In this document: positions 50,102-59,130 of the stretch, piece after piece
Layout of the letters: the number at the start of each line of letters is the position of its first letter
Position numbering within the stretch: position 1 is the stretch's first letter
DNA from: an uncultured bacterium
GTDB taxonomy: Bacteria > Chlamydiota > Chlamydiia > Chlamydiales > SM23-39
Length of the DNA: 64,000 nucleotides
Direction: 5' to 3'
NCBI GenBank assembly: GCA_963716985.1
Contig: OY970323.1
Coordinates: 1,536,001 to 1,600,000, forward strand
Notes under the pieces: model-generated
The model's input: the letters and a program-made list of their open reading frames with translations, nothing else
Told to the model about the DNA's origin: nothing
The model's database searches: none
Position numbers and translations under genes: made by a program

Positions 50102-51931
50102 CTATTTCAAAATGGCTTTCATGCGCCTGACTCCCGCGCTAACCGCCTCTTCTTTTACAATCTTAAAAGTACCAAGGAGTCCCGTGTGCGCCGCGTGGGG
50201 GCCTCCGCAGACCTCGCAACTGAAGGGAGGCTGGCCTTTGAGGCCAATGGTAAAAACCTTGATCTTCTCGCCATATTTATGGCCAAAGAGTCCAATCGCA
50301 CCTCTCTTTTTCGCCTCTTCGAGAGTCATCTCGTCGCAAACAACGGGATAATCTTTTTGAATCATTTCATTCACGAGGTTTTCCACTTGCCGGATTTCTT
50401 CCGGCGTTACTTTTTGGGGATGGGCAAAATCAAAGCGCATGCGCTCATGAGTGATGTTGCTCCCTTTTTGCGTTGCATGGGGACCTAAGACTTTGAGCAA
50501 GGCCGCATGGAGTAGATGGGTGGCCGTATGGTACTTAGTGACAATTTCACTATGATCGGCAAGGCCTCCTGCAAACTTTTGCTCGGCGCCGATTCTGGAC
50601 AATTCTTGATGCGCCTTAAATGCTTTGTGGAAACCCTCCTTGTCGACAGTCAGGTTGTTTTCTCTTGCCAGCTCTTCGGTCATTTCCAGGGGAAAACCAT
50701 AGGTGTCATACAATTTAAAGGCGAGCTTTCCCGAAATTTCCGAAATCTCCTCGCCCGTTTTTTCCAAGGCAATTCGAAAACCTCGCAACAGCTTCTCAAA
50801 TTCTTTCAGCCCTTGTTCGATCGTGCTGCCGAACTTTGTCTCTTCTCGTAACATTTCCGTAAGGATAAACTGTTTATTTCTTTCCACTTCGGGATAGACG
50901 TTTTTGAACATGGCGATGACTCCCTCTGCAATCCTGGCACAAAAATCCGCTTGTTTTCCAAGAAGATATCCATGGCGAATCGCGCGGCGAATCAACCGGC
51001 GAACGATATATCCTCGCTCCTGATTGCTAGGAACAATCCCCTTATCATCTCCCAGCACCATCGTTGCCGTGCGCAAATGGTCTGCAACGATGCGCATCGA
51101 GCGGGTCACCTCTTTATTTTCCTTATAAAGACGTCCGGAAATATCCTGGATCAATTCAATGAGCGGCCAGAAGGTATCGATTTGAAATACATCTTCATAT
51201 TCGTTGAGCGCCATCAACGTGCGCTCAAGCCCCATTCCGGTGTCCACATTCTTTTGTTTGAGGAGTTCGTATGTGCCCTCTTTCGTCTTGTTGTATTGCA
51301 TGAAAACATCATTCCAAATCTCCAGCCAATGCTCTTCATCATTCCCGGGATTGCTATTGGGCGGGGGAAGTTCGCTTTTTTTTCCTTTCCAATAAAACAT
51401 CTCGGAATCAGGTCCGCAGGGTCCGGTTTGTCCTGCAGGGCCCCACCAGTTGTTCTTCTTCGGCAAAAAGGCAATCCGCTCTTCCGGGACGCCAAGAGAT
51501 TTCCAAATATTTGCCGATTCCATATCGCGAGGCGCATCCGCATCTCCCGAAAAAACGGAAACTGCCAACTTCCTCGGATCGAGCCCTAAATATTTTTTTG
51601 ACGTTAAAAACTCCCAGCTCCATTCGATCGCTTCTTTTTTAAAATAATCGCCCAAAGACCAGTTCCCCATCATTTCAAAAAAAGTATCATGCCGCTCATC
51701 TCCGACCTCATCGATATCCTGGGTCCGAATGCACTTTTGCACGTTTGCCAAACGTGTTCCCGCGGGATGTTTTTCCCCCATCAGAAAGGGAACGAGCGGA
51801 TGCATACCGGCCGTCGTAAATAGGACGGTGGGGTCATTTTCGGGAATTAAGGAAGCGGACGGCAAGATCACGTGGTTTTTGGACTGAAAAAATGCGAGAT
51901 ATTTTTTTCGAAGTTCTAAAGAAGTGATCAT
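50102..51931 (-). CDS. alaS: Alanine--tRNA ligase, short form (no C-Ala domain)
   Basis: LFTTAGM, FFEMMGN, DTGMGLER, YDTYGFP, editing HTATHLLH and CGGPH; ends GVRRMKAILK. Confidence 0.95.
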   Translation of the reverse strand: MITSLELRKKYLAFFQSKNHVILPSASLIPENDPTVLFTTAGMHPLVPFLMGEKHPAGTRLANVQKCIRTQDIDEVGDERHDTFFEMMGNWSLGDYFKKEAIEWSWEFLTSKKYLGLDPRKLAVSVFSGDADAPRDMESANIWKSLGVPEERIAFLPKKNNWWGPAGQTGPCGPDSEMFYWKGKKSELPPPNSNPGNDEEHWLEIWNDVFMQYNKTKEGTYELLKQKNVDTGMGLERTLMALNEYEDVFQIDTFWPLIELIQDISGRLYKENKEVTRSMRIVADHLRTATMVLGDDKGIVPSNQERGYIVRRLIRRAIRHGYLLGKQADFCARIAEGVIAMFKNVYPEVERNKQFILTEMLREETKFGSTIEQGLKEFEKLLRGFRIALEKTGEEISEISGKLAFKLYDTYGFPLEMTEELARENNLTVDKEGFHKAFKAHQELSRIGAEQKFAGGLADHSEIVTKYHTATHLLHAALLKVLGPHATQKGSNITHERMRFDFAHPQKVTPEEIRQVENLVNEMIQKDYPVVCDEMTLEEAKKRGAIGLFGHKYGEKIKVFTIGLKGQPPFSCEVCGGPHAAHTGLLGTFKIVKEEAVSAGVRRMKAILK

Positions 51932-52099
51932 AGCGTTTCCCGCCTTTTGATTTTTTAATAATTCTACACTTCTTGTTTTTTTTGTTTTAGTGCAAAGATC
52001 GACGAAAAAATCGAGAGGATCCTGTGATGAGAGAGCTATTTGCCCAAGGTCTTAATGCAGGATGTTTATTGCACGATCATTCTGTAGAGGAAAATTTTC

Positions 52100-52518
52100 C
52101 ATTCATCGGCTTATGTTATGTTTTTCAGACAGGTATTCATGAGCAAGAGCAGGTCCAAAATCAATGTAATGATCTTGGATCAATCCTAAGGCTAATTCCT
52201 TTAATCCTGCTGGCAATCGGCGGTTTCCTGATTTTCCGACCTTTTGGGATATAAGCCCTGATGGCCCTTTCATTTTGAGTCTTTTGGACAGTCGTTTGAC
52301 TTGTCTTGGGCTCAAGTTCAAATTCTGGGCTGCTTGGGCAATTGTCTGTCGTTTTTCATGAACTTGTTGAAGTTCATGATATCAAGATAACTCATTGTCA
52401 CTCATTGACATACGCTCCTCCATTTGATCGCCTCCTCATTGGTAATCAACAACTTGTGATTACCAGAAAGAGGACATTTCTAAAAAACGGAAAGCGGACA
52501 TTTTAAAAAAACGCTAAT
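52100..52518 (-). mobile_element. Degenerate ISNCY/IS481-like element: end plus N-terminal transposase fragment
   Basis: MSMSDNELS*YHELQQV..AAQNLNLSPRQVKRL..G.SGL..DFGPALAHEYL with internal TGA; repeated GGACATTT at 52472 and 52496. Confidence 0.75.
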
Positions 52519-52520
52519 AG

Positions 52521-53993
52521 GCAAAAAAAGTAGATGAAGTAGCTAAGGCCAAACTTCGAGTTTTGACAGCCCAGGCTGACAGCGGTGTAATAGAAGCGGA
52601 TTTTCAAGAAGCGCTTAAAAGCGCAAAAGAACAAGAAGAGCACATGTTCCATATCACAGCTCCTCCCGGCCTCACTCTCGCTTCTTTACAAAAGGAACAA
52701 TCATTGAGCTCTAATCAGTCTATTATGCGTCATAGCGCCCGGTCTCCGAAGGAATTAATCTGTATTGCTCAGGCATTTCGAGTACCCGACGCAATCCGCG
52801 GCATTATTCCCCTCAGGACAGATCGTCTGGTCATGCATAATTTGACTCGGCGCTTTATGTTAAATTTCTCTCTTCAGGGAGAGCTGAGTTGCGAACTGCA
52901 AAAAATCATACCGCCTCTCACAAAAAGAGCTCTCTACGAGATGAATCTTGCCCAAATGGAAGAGCCTCGCCTCGAATTACAAAAACAGGCTCTGAGTTAT
53001 TTACAAGGGGAGCACACAACAATCAATTCAAAATTTCAACAATCGATAAATGAACTCCAAAAACAAGCTGGAGTAAAGCCTGCTGAATTGACTGCTGAGG
53101 AGTTTCAAAATGCCATTGCTATGAGAGCCGCTGATTTAGCTATGGAAACATGGGTCAAAGAGCTCGTTGACAAATATGACATGGCAAAAGCTCCAGAACT
53201 TGCCGAATATGAAGCGCTTCCCCCTCAAACTCGAGACACACGCCGTATTTTTATGATCAATGGCGGTGTAGCTTCGGGAAAAAGCAGCGCACAAGCACTA
53301 GAAGAAGAAAGAGCAAAAAAAGAGGGGGTAGACTGGAAACATATATGCCCCATCAATAGAGACGCATTTAAGCCAATGCTTCTAGACTTAAGGGAAGTGG
53401 ATAAGGATTTCAGAGGGTTTTTTGCTTCCTTTACGGAAGATGAGGCCTATCTTTTGCGCGATGCAATTTTAAGAGAATACAAAGAGCGTCTTGATGCAAA
53501 TACCGCTCCCCATCTCTATATTGACCAGGTATCGCCGACAATCGACATGATGCGCATGGCGGGCATTCCTGGAACGAAAGGATTGGATGTAACGATTGTC
53601 TACACTCCCGTGGAGACCTCGTTTTGCATGGCATATGGAAGAGAAAGAGAGACAAGCTATGGCGCTGTAACGCAAGGCGTACTCGATACACATGCTAAAG
53701 TGCCCACTCAATTACTTACCTCTCTGGGGACCGCTCAGAAAGAAGGCAAGACGAATATCCGCATTAGAATAGTAGCTAATGTTGCCAAAGGGGTCATTCA
53801 ACCTGTTGCTACAATCGACCTTTCCTCTAGAAAAGGCGCTATTGAAGACCAGAATCGCTTACTGCTGTTTTTCCATAAAATCCATATCAATCCCAAAGCA
53901 CGAAAATTTAGCGAACTCTACGATGCCACCCTGCCTCTTCCTGAGGTATGTTGTAGGTCTAAGGTAGAGCAATTACGCAGTTATATTAGGTAA
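52521..53993 (+). CDS. Zeta-toxin-like P-loop kinase protein, probably 5'-truncated
   Basis: NGGVASGKS, INRDAFK; frame open back to the IS end with no ATG/RBS. Confidence 0.6.
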   Translation, partial: AKKVDEVAKAKLRVLTAQADSGVIEADFQEALKSAKEQEEHMFHITAPPGLTLASLQKEQSLSSNQSIMRHSARSPKELICIAQAFRVPDAIRGIIPLRTDRLVMHNLTRRFMLNFSLQGELSCELQKIIPPLTKRALYEMNLAQMEEPRLELQKQALSYLQGEHTTINSKFQQSINELQKQAGVKPAELTAEEFQNAIAMRAADLAMETWVKELVDKYDMAKAPELAEYEALPPQTRDTRRIFMINGGVASGKSSAQALEEERAKKEGVDWKHICPINRDAFKPMLLDLREVDKDFRGFFASFTEDEAYLLRDAILREYKERLDANTAPHLYIDQVSPTIDMMRMAGIPGTKGLDVTIVYTPVETSFCMAYGRERETSYGAVTQGVLDTHAKVPTQLLTSLGTAQKEGKTNIRIRIVANVAKGVIQPVATIDLSSRKGAIEDQNRLLLFFHKIHINPKARKFSELYDATLPLPEVCCRSKVEQLRSYIR

Positions 53994-54040
53994 TCGAAAG
54001 ATAAGAGAAGTCTGAATGATCTTAAGGAGAACTTTGATCT

Positions 54041-54244
54041 TCAGACCTTTTTGTATTCAAAAGCGACAAGCATCGTAATTGTCAGAGCAGATGGAGCCGG
54101 CTCTACGATCGTTGGTGGAGGTAGAATGCCTGCTTGAGCTTGTTGAACTCTTCTTAATACGTCATTAAATACGGTATCCGGAATCTCTAGAATTTTTGCC
54201 GTCGGGCTGCTTACTTTCTTGCTTTCGTTAACGACAATTACCAT
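54041..54244 (-). CDS. Small hypothetical protein
   Basis: 67 aa with GAGG RBS; no recognised motif. Confidence 0.4.
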   Translation of the reverse strand: MVIVVNESKKVSSPTAKILEIPDTVFNDVLRRVQQAQAGILPPPTIVEPAPSALTITMLVAFEYKKV

Positions 54245-54440
54245 AATGCATCCTCATCAAATTTTGATTGTAAGAAACAAAATATTCTTTTTGGACAGAC
54301 TTTAATTATACCATTTTCCGACGCTATTGAGCACCAAAATTGAATCCTTAACGTCCGATTCTATCAAAAAGTATTTATATTTTCCACTCAACGGCTTAGA
54401 CAAATGGTTGAGTTACTTATGCAAGCCGCTTGTTATTAGA

Positions 54441-54503
54441 ATGATAACGCAATATTTGCATGATAATATAGAAAATGTTATCGTGCAAATATAATGTTAT
54501 CAT
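54441..54503. promoter_or_regulatory. 29-bp-arm inverted repeat (operator)
   Basis: ATGATAACGCAATATTTGCATGATAATAT-N5-ATGTTATCGTGCAAATATAATGTTATCAT, 6 nt before ATG 54510. Confidence 0.75.
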
Positions 54504-54509
54504 GCCCCT

Positions 54510-55508
54510 ATGCAAAAAATGATCGAAGACCTCAATAAATATATTCTAGAAACCCTTGGTTTTACAATTGACCCAAAACTTGTCGATCTGACAAATAGCT
54601 TACCGGTTTTTCTTAAAAACTCTTATTTTGTTTACTCTGCGTCGATTTTTAACAAACACTATGTTCTCGCTGTTGCAAGAGATCCTGAAACAAATACCCC
54701 CGCACAAATTGCAAAACAGATGGAGCTATTCGAGAAAATAGAAGAAAAACCTTGTATTTACGTAGCAAACAATTGCCCTGCATATAACAGGCAACGTTTA
54801 GTGATCCATAAAGTCCGTTTTATCATTCCCGGCGTTCAAATGTATTTGCCCGATTTATGCATTGATTGGCGCAAAACATCCTCAAAACACCCTCTTTCCC
54901 CCCGAACTTTAACGCCCGCTGCTCAGGTTGTCTTAATCTACGCCCTAACGAATGGTTGCTCCGAACCATTTACTCCTTCAAAATTGGCAGATAAACTGGG
55001 GTATACTCGTATGACCATGACCAGAGCTCTTGATACATTGGAAGCACTCGGAATTGGGAAAAGCGTCCGAAAAAGTAAAGAAAGGCTTTTTTACTTCCAG
55101 GAAAACCAATATTTTCTTTGGAAACAAACCTTGCCATTTATGCAAACTCCTGTAAGAGAAACCCGCTGGATTCAAGCCGATGCACTAACTAAAGATATCA
55201 TCAGGGGCTTGGGAAAGATTGCCGGGCTTTCAGCGCTCGCACGACAGTCCAAGCTAATCCATCCTTCTTGTCCCATTTATGCAGTTCATTCTGTTCAATG
55301 GAAAATCTTACTTGAGACTCGCTTTATTCGAATCTTGCCCATCGCTGAGGGTGCGCAATTGCAAATCGAAGTTTGGAGTTACGATCCCAGCCTTTTTGCC
55401 AAAGATGATGTCGTTGATGATTTTTCACTCTATCTTAGCTTGAAAGATCAAAAAGATGAGCGCATTGAAAAAGCCCTGGAAAACTTGCTGGCGGATAGAA
55501 AATGGTAA
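54510..55508 (+). CDS. wHTH-containing AbiEi-like antitoxin/regulator
   Basis: FIIPGVQMYLP, central HTH LADKLGYTRMTMTRALDTLE, AGLSAL, SLYLSL..DERIE. Confidence 0.7.
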   Translation: MQKMIEDLNKYILETLGFTIDPKLVDLTNSLPVFLKNSYFVYSASIFNKHYVLAVARDPETNTPAQIAKQMELFEKIEEKPCIYVANNCPAYNRQRLVIHKVRFIIPGVQMYLPDLCIDWRKTSSKHPLSPRTLTPAAQVVLIYALTNGCSEPFTPSKLADKLGYTRMTMTRALDTLEALGIGKSVRKSKERLFYFQENQYFLWKQTLPFMQTPVRETRWIQADALTKDIIRGLGKIAGLSALARQSKLIHPSCPIYAVHSVQWKILLETRFIRILPIAEGAQLQIEVWSYDPSLFAKDDVVDDFSLYLSLKDQKDERIEKALENLLADRKW

Positions 55509-56269
55509 AAGGTCTGGATCTATTCAAAAAACACTTCGCTTCTTTTCAACAAAACTATTCTCTAATCGGCGGCGTCGCCTGTATGTTAGCCTTTGAAAAG
55601 GCGGGGCTTGCGTTTCGCGCAACCAGAGATCTGGACATTGTTGTGTTTGTTGAAGCGCTGGATAGAAGGTTTGCAACTGCTTTCTGGGATTTTATTAAGC
55701 AAGGCAACTACGAATCTCGTCAAAGAAGCACCGGCAAAAAACTGTTTTACCGATTTCACAATCCGTCCCATTCTTCCTACCCGGATATAATTGAATTATT
55801 TTCGCGCGCTTCGGCTAAGGTTTTCCATCGAGAAGGAAGCCATTTAACACCCATTCCAATTACCGAAGAAATCTCTAGCCTTTCAGCTATTTTATTGAAT
55901 GATGATTATTACCAATTTATCCATGACGGAAAGATGGCAATTGATGGAATATCAATCATCAATCCGGCCCATATCATTCCCTTAAAAGCAAAGGCTTATT
56001 TAGATCTTTCCGCTCAGGCCAAAGGAGGTGCTCATGTCGATGAAAAAGACATTCGCAAGCATCGCAATGATATCCTCAGATTGCACCAATTGCTTTCCCC
56101 CGCCACACCCATACTTTTGCCCAAATCAATCCGACAGGATATGCAAGAGTTTCTTGATCAAATAGAAGATTGCTCTTTAACCAATCTAAAAGACCTGGGA
56201 TTAAAAAACACGAATTTGTCTGAAGTGTTGAGCATCATAAAACAGATCTATTGTTCTTTAGAAAAATAA
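55502..56269 (+). CDS. AbiEii-like nucleotidyltransferase
   Basis: LIGGVAC..FRATRDLDI, LKAKAYLDL, KHRND; overlaps upstream gene. Confidence 0.75.
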   Translation: MVKGLDLFKKHFASFQQNYSLIGGVACMLAFEKAGLAFRATRDLDIVVFVEALDRRFATAFWDFIKQGNYESRQRSTGKKLFYRFHNPSHSSYPDIIELFSRASAKVFHREGSHLTPIPITEEISSLSAILLNDDYYQFIHDGKMAIDGISIINPAHIIPLKAKAYLDLSAQAKGGAHVDEKDIRKHRNDILRLHQLLSPATPILLPKSIRQDMQEFLDQIEDCSLTNLKDLGLKNTNLSEVLSIIKQIYCSLEK

Positions 56270-56467
56270 TGAAAAACACCATATAATTTGAGGCATCCCG
56301 AAAAAGAGCTAAATATTCGAATCAAGGGGTTGGGATGTCGTGCAGGCCTTAAAATGACCCCGATTATGCTGCGAAAATCAATCGAACTGCCCAGCTGTCG
56401 AAGGAACCTAAACCAAACGAGTCAATAAAAAGTAAGTTGCTGACAATGACATTGTTACATTTTTTTG

Positions 56468-56496
56468 TAGACTCAAAATTGTTACTTTGTTACAAT
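56468..56496 (+). promoter_or_regulatory. Promoter with overlapping palindrome
   Basis: TAGACT-17bp-TACAAT; ATTGTtAC-TTT-GTtACAAT covers spacer and -10. Confidence 0.6.
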
Positions 56497-56521
56497 ATAA
56501 GTATATAGAGGAAGTAAAAGA

Positions 56522-56836
56522 ATGAGCGCAAAAGAGCCAGATTGGATTGAAAATGTTGTTGAGGAGGTCAGAAAGCACATTAAGGCTGGAAAATATCGAA
56601 TTACCAATCATGCTCTAGAGCGCCAAGAGAAACACAGGATTACCTTACCTGATCTTCTTCACGCCTTATCGAACGGATTTCACGAAGAGGACAAAACGAT
56701 ATTCGACATAAAGCTTCAAACTTGGAAATATGCAATCAGGGGAAAGGCAATAGATGTTAAGGAATTGCGAATTATTGTGGCGTTTGAGAAGGAAATGGCT
56801 GTGATAACAGTAATTCCAATTAACAAGAGAGGATGA
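56522..56836 (+). CDS. DUF4258-like putative toxin
   Basis: YRITNHALERQ..HRIT, WKYAIRG, LRIIVAF, VITVI. Confidence 0.8.
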   Translation: MSAKEPDWIENVVEEVRKHIKAGKYRITNHALERQEKHRITLPDLLHALSNGFHEEDKTIFDIKLQTWKYAIRGKAIDVKELRIIVAFEKEMAVITVIPINKRG

Positions 56837-57309
56837 AAATGAGCGAAAGAAAAAAAGAAACCATTATTTATAAAGGACTCGGCTTCCCAATCAAGCTCAT
56901 TGATGTTCCCATGAAGAAAATGTTCGGTGATTGGGTAATCGATATTGATATGACCGTGCTTCAATTAGTTGTTCTCAAGTATTTGGCAAGCAAACCAACA
57001 CGCCTTACAAAAAACGAACTGAGATTCATCAGGCATTTTTTAACAATGACCACCACTGAGTTTGGAAAAACATTTGGCGTAACTCATAGCGCTGTTATTC
57101 AATGGGAAAAAGGAAATAGAAACGCAAATCCTGCAACTGAATTTTGCATTCGCTTGTATGTGCTGAATTATCTGCGTGTCAAAGATAAGGAATTTCGAAG
57201 TCTCTACAAAAAAATCAGCATAGAGAAACTCTCCCAAAGTGTCGAAAAACGAGTTTGTCCTGTTGAAATCGATGCTTCACAAGATCTCTACATGGCAATT
57301 GCCACTTAA
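56833..57309 (+). CDS. XRE-HTH antitoxin-like protein
   Basis: YKGLGFPIKL, ELRFIRH...FGKTFGVTHSAVIQWEKG; ATGA coupling. Confidence 0.8.
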   Translation: MKMSERKKETIIYKGLGFPIKLIDVPMKKMFGDWVIDIDMTVLQLVVLKYLASKPTRLTKNELRFIRHFLTMTTTEFGKTFGVTHSAVIQWEKGNRNANPATEFCIRLYVLNYLRVKDKEFRSLYKKISIEKLSQSVEKRVCPVEIDASQDLYMAIAT

Positions 57310-57437
57310 TTTGCCCTATAAGCGAAATATTTTATGGCCGGATACTAGAGCCACTCTGCAAGCATTTGGTATTTTTTCCAAAAAATCGCTTCCCTAAAGA
57401 CTCCTTTCGCTTGTATGATCTTTTCGAAGAGAACTGT

Positions 57438-59036
57438 ATGGACCTACAAGAGCTGATTCAAGAAGAAATTGCCAAACGGCGCACATTTGCCATTATTAGC
57501 CACCCCGATGCAGGAAAGACAACGCTCACCGAAAAGCTCCTCCTCTATTCGGGAATGATCCAGACCGCAGGGATGGTGAAGGGCCGAAAGGGCCGCAAAG
57601 CGGCCTCTTCCGACTGGATGGCGATGGAACAGGAAAGAGGGATTTCTATCACCTCTTCTGCTCTGCAATTTACCTATAAAAATATCATTGTCAACGTCCT
57701 CGACACCCCGGGCCACGAAGATTTTTCGGAGGATACCTACCGCACGCTCACCGCTGCCGATTGCGCGATCATGGTCATCGATGCCTCCAAGGGCGTGGAA
57801 AAGCAAACGCGCAAGCTGTTCGAGGTCTGCCGTTTCAGAAAAATCCCCGTTTTAACCTTTATCAATAAAATGGACCTTCCCGCAAGAGATCCTCTCGATC
57901 TGATGAACGAGGTAGAAAATGTGCTGCAAATCCATTCCTATGCCATGAATTGGCCGATCGGCGAGGATCGCGAATTCCAAGGAGTGGTAGATCGAACAAC
58001 TCAAGAATGTGTTTTTTTCACGAAAACATCCCTCGGCGGTGCACAAAAGGCAGCCATAGAGCGTCTGTCGCAAAACAGCGAGGGGGCCAAGCGTAAAATC
58101 GGCGAGCCGTTATACAAAAAAATTCGGGAATCGCTTGACCTTCTGGACTCTGCAGGAAACACCTTCTCGAGGGAAGATTTTCTGGCAGGAAAGGTCACTC
58201 CCATCTTTTTCGCATCCGCCCTGACGAATTTTGGCGTCGAGCCCTTTTTCGATGCCTTCATCCATCTGGCGCCGCCTCCGGGACAGCGGATGGCCAATCG
58301 GCTCGATGGAAGCGAGATTGCGATCGACCCCATAAAAACTCCTTTTAGCGGCTATGTGTTCAAGCTGCAAACCAATATGGACCGCCGTCATCGCGATAGC
58401 ATGGCCTTTATACGCATCTGCTCGGGCCGCTTTGAAAGAGATCTCGTGGTCAAAAATATTCGATTAAAAAAAGAGATTCGGCTCTCTCGACCCCATGCAA
58501 TGATGGCAGGAGAAAGGGCCATGCTTGAATATGCTTATCCCGGCGATATCATCGGAGTCATCAACTCCTCTCTTTTCGCAATTGGCGACACGCTCTCGAT
58601 CAGCGGGGATTTTCAATTCAAGCCCCTGCCGCAATTTCAACCTGAGATCTTTGCAAGGATCTATCCGAAAGACGTCGCCAAAAGAAAATCGTTCGACAAG
58701 GGAATTTTACAGCTCACCAATGAGGGGGCCATTCAGATGCTCCACACTTTTGCACATGAGGGAGATATTATTTTTGCCGCAGTGGGGCAATTACAATTCG
58801 AAGTGATGCAATATCGTCTGAAAGACGAATATGGAGTGGATACGATTCTCACTTCCCTCCCCTATCAATGTTCCGCTTGGATATTAGGAGATTTGAAAAC
58901 GTTTAGTAAGACCACCACGTCTCTCATCGTTCAGGATCGAAAAAATCGTCCCATGGCCTTGTTCACCAGTGAGTGGGATAAACAGTATAGCGTCAAACTC
59001 AATCCGAAAAATGAACTGGTCGATGTTCTTTTCTAA
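57438..59036 (+). CDS. prfC: Peptide chain release factor 3
   Basis: RRTFAIISHPDAGKTT, DTPGHEDFSEDTYR, NKMD, AVGQLQFEV. Confidence 0.96.
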   Translation: MDLQELIQEEIAKRRTFAIISHPDAGKTTLTEKLLLYSGMIQTAGMVKGRKGRKAASSDWMAMEQERGISITSSALQFTYKNIIVNVLDTPGHEDFSEDTYRTLTAADCAIMVIDASKGVEKQTRKLFEVCRFRKIPVLTFINKMDLPARDPLDLMNEVENVLQIHSYAMNWPIGEDREFQGVVDRTTQECVFFTKTSLGGAQKAAIERLSQNSEGAKRKIGEPLYKKIRESLDLLDSAGNTFSREDFLAGKVTPIFFASALTNFGVEPFFDAFIHLAPPPGQRMANRLDGSEIAIDPIKTPFSGYVFKLQTNMDRRHRDSMAFIRICSGRFERDLVVKNIRLKKEIRLSRPHAMMAGERAMLEYAYPGDIIGVINSSLFAIGDTLSISGDFQFKPLPQFQPEIFARIYPKDVAKRKSFDKGILQLTNEGAIQMLHTFAHEGDIIFAAVGQLQFEVMQYRLKDEYGVDTILTSLPYQCSAWILGDLKTFSKTTTSLIVQDRKNRPMALFTSEWDKQYSVKLNPKNELVDVLF

Positions 59037-59130
59037 AAATACCAAGACTCTTTTCGAAAGCTTTGTCTTCTAATTTGAACAGAAATATGGTAATTGTGAA
59101 AAAAAATCAACCGCAAAAAAAGAGCGTCTC

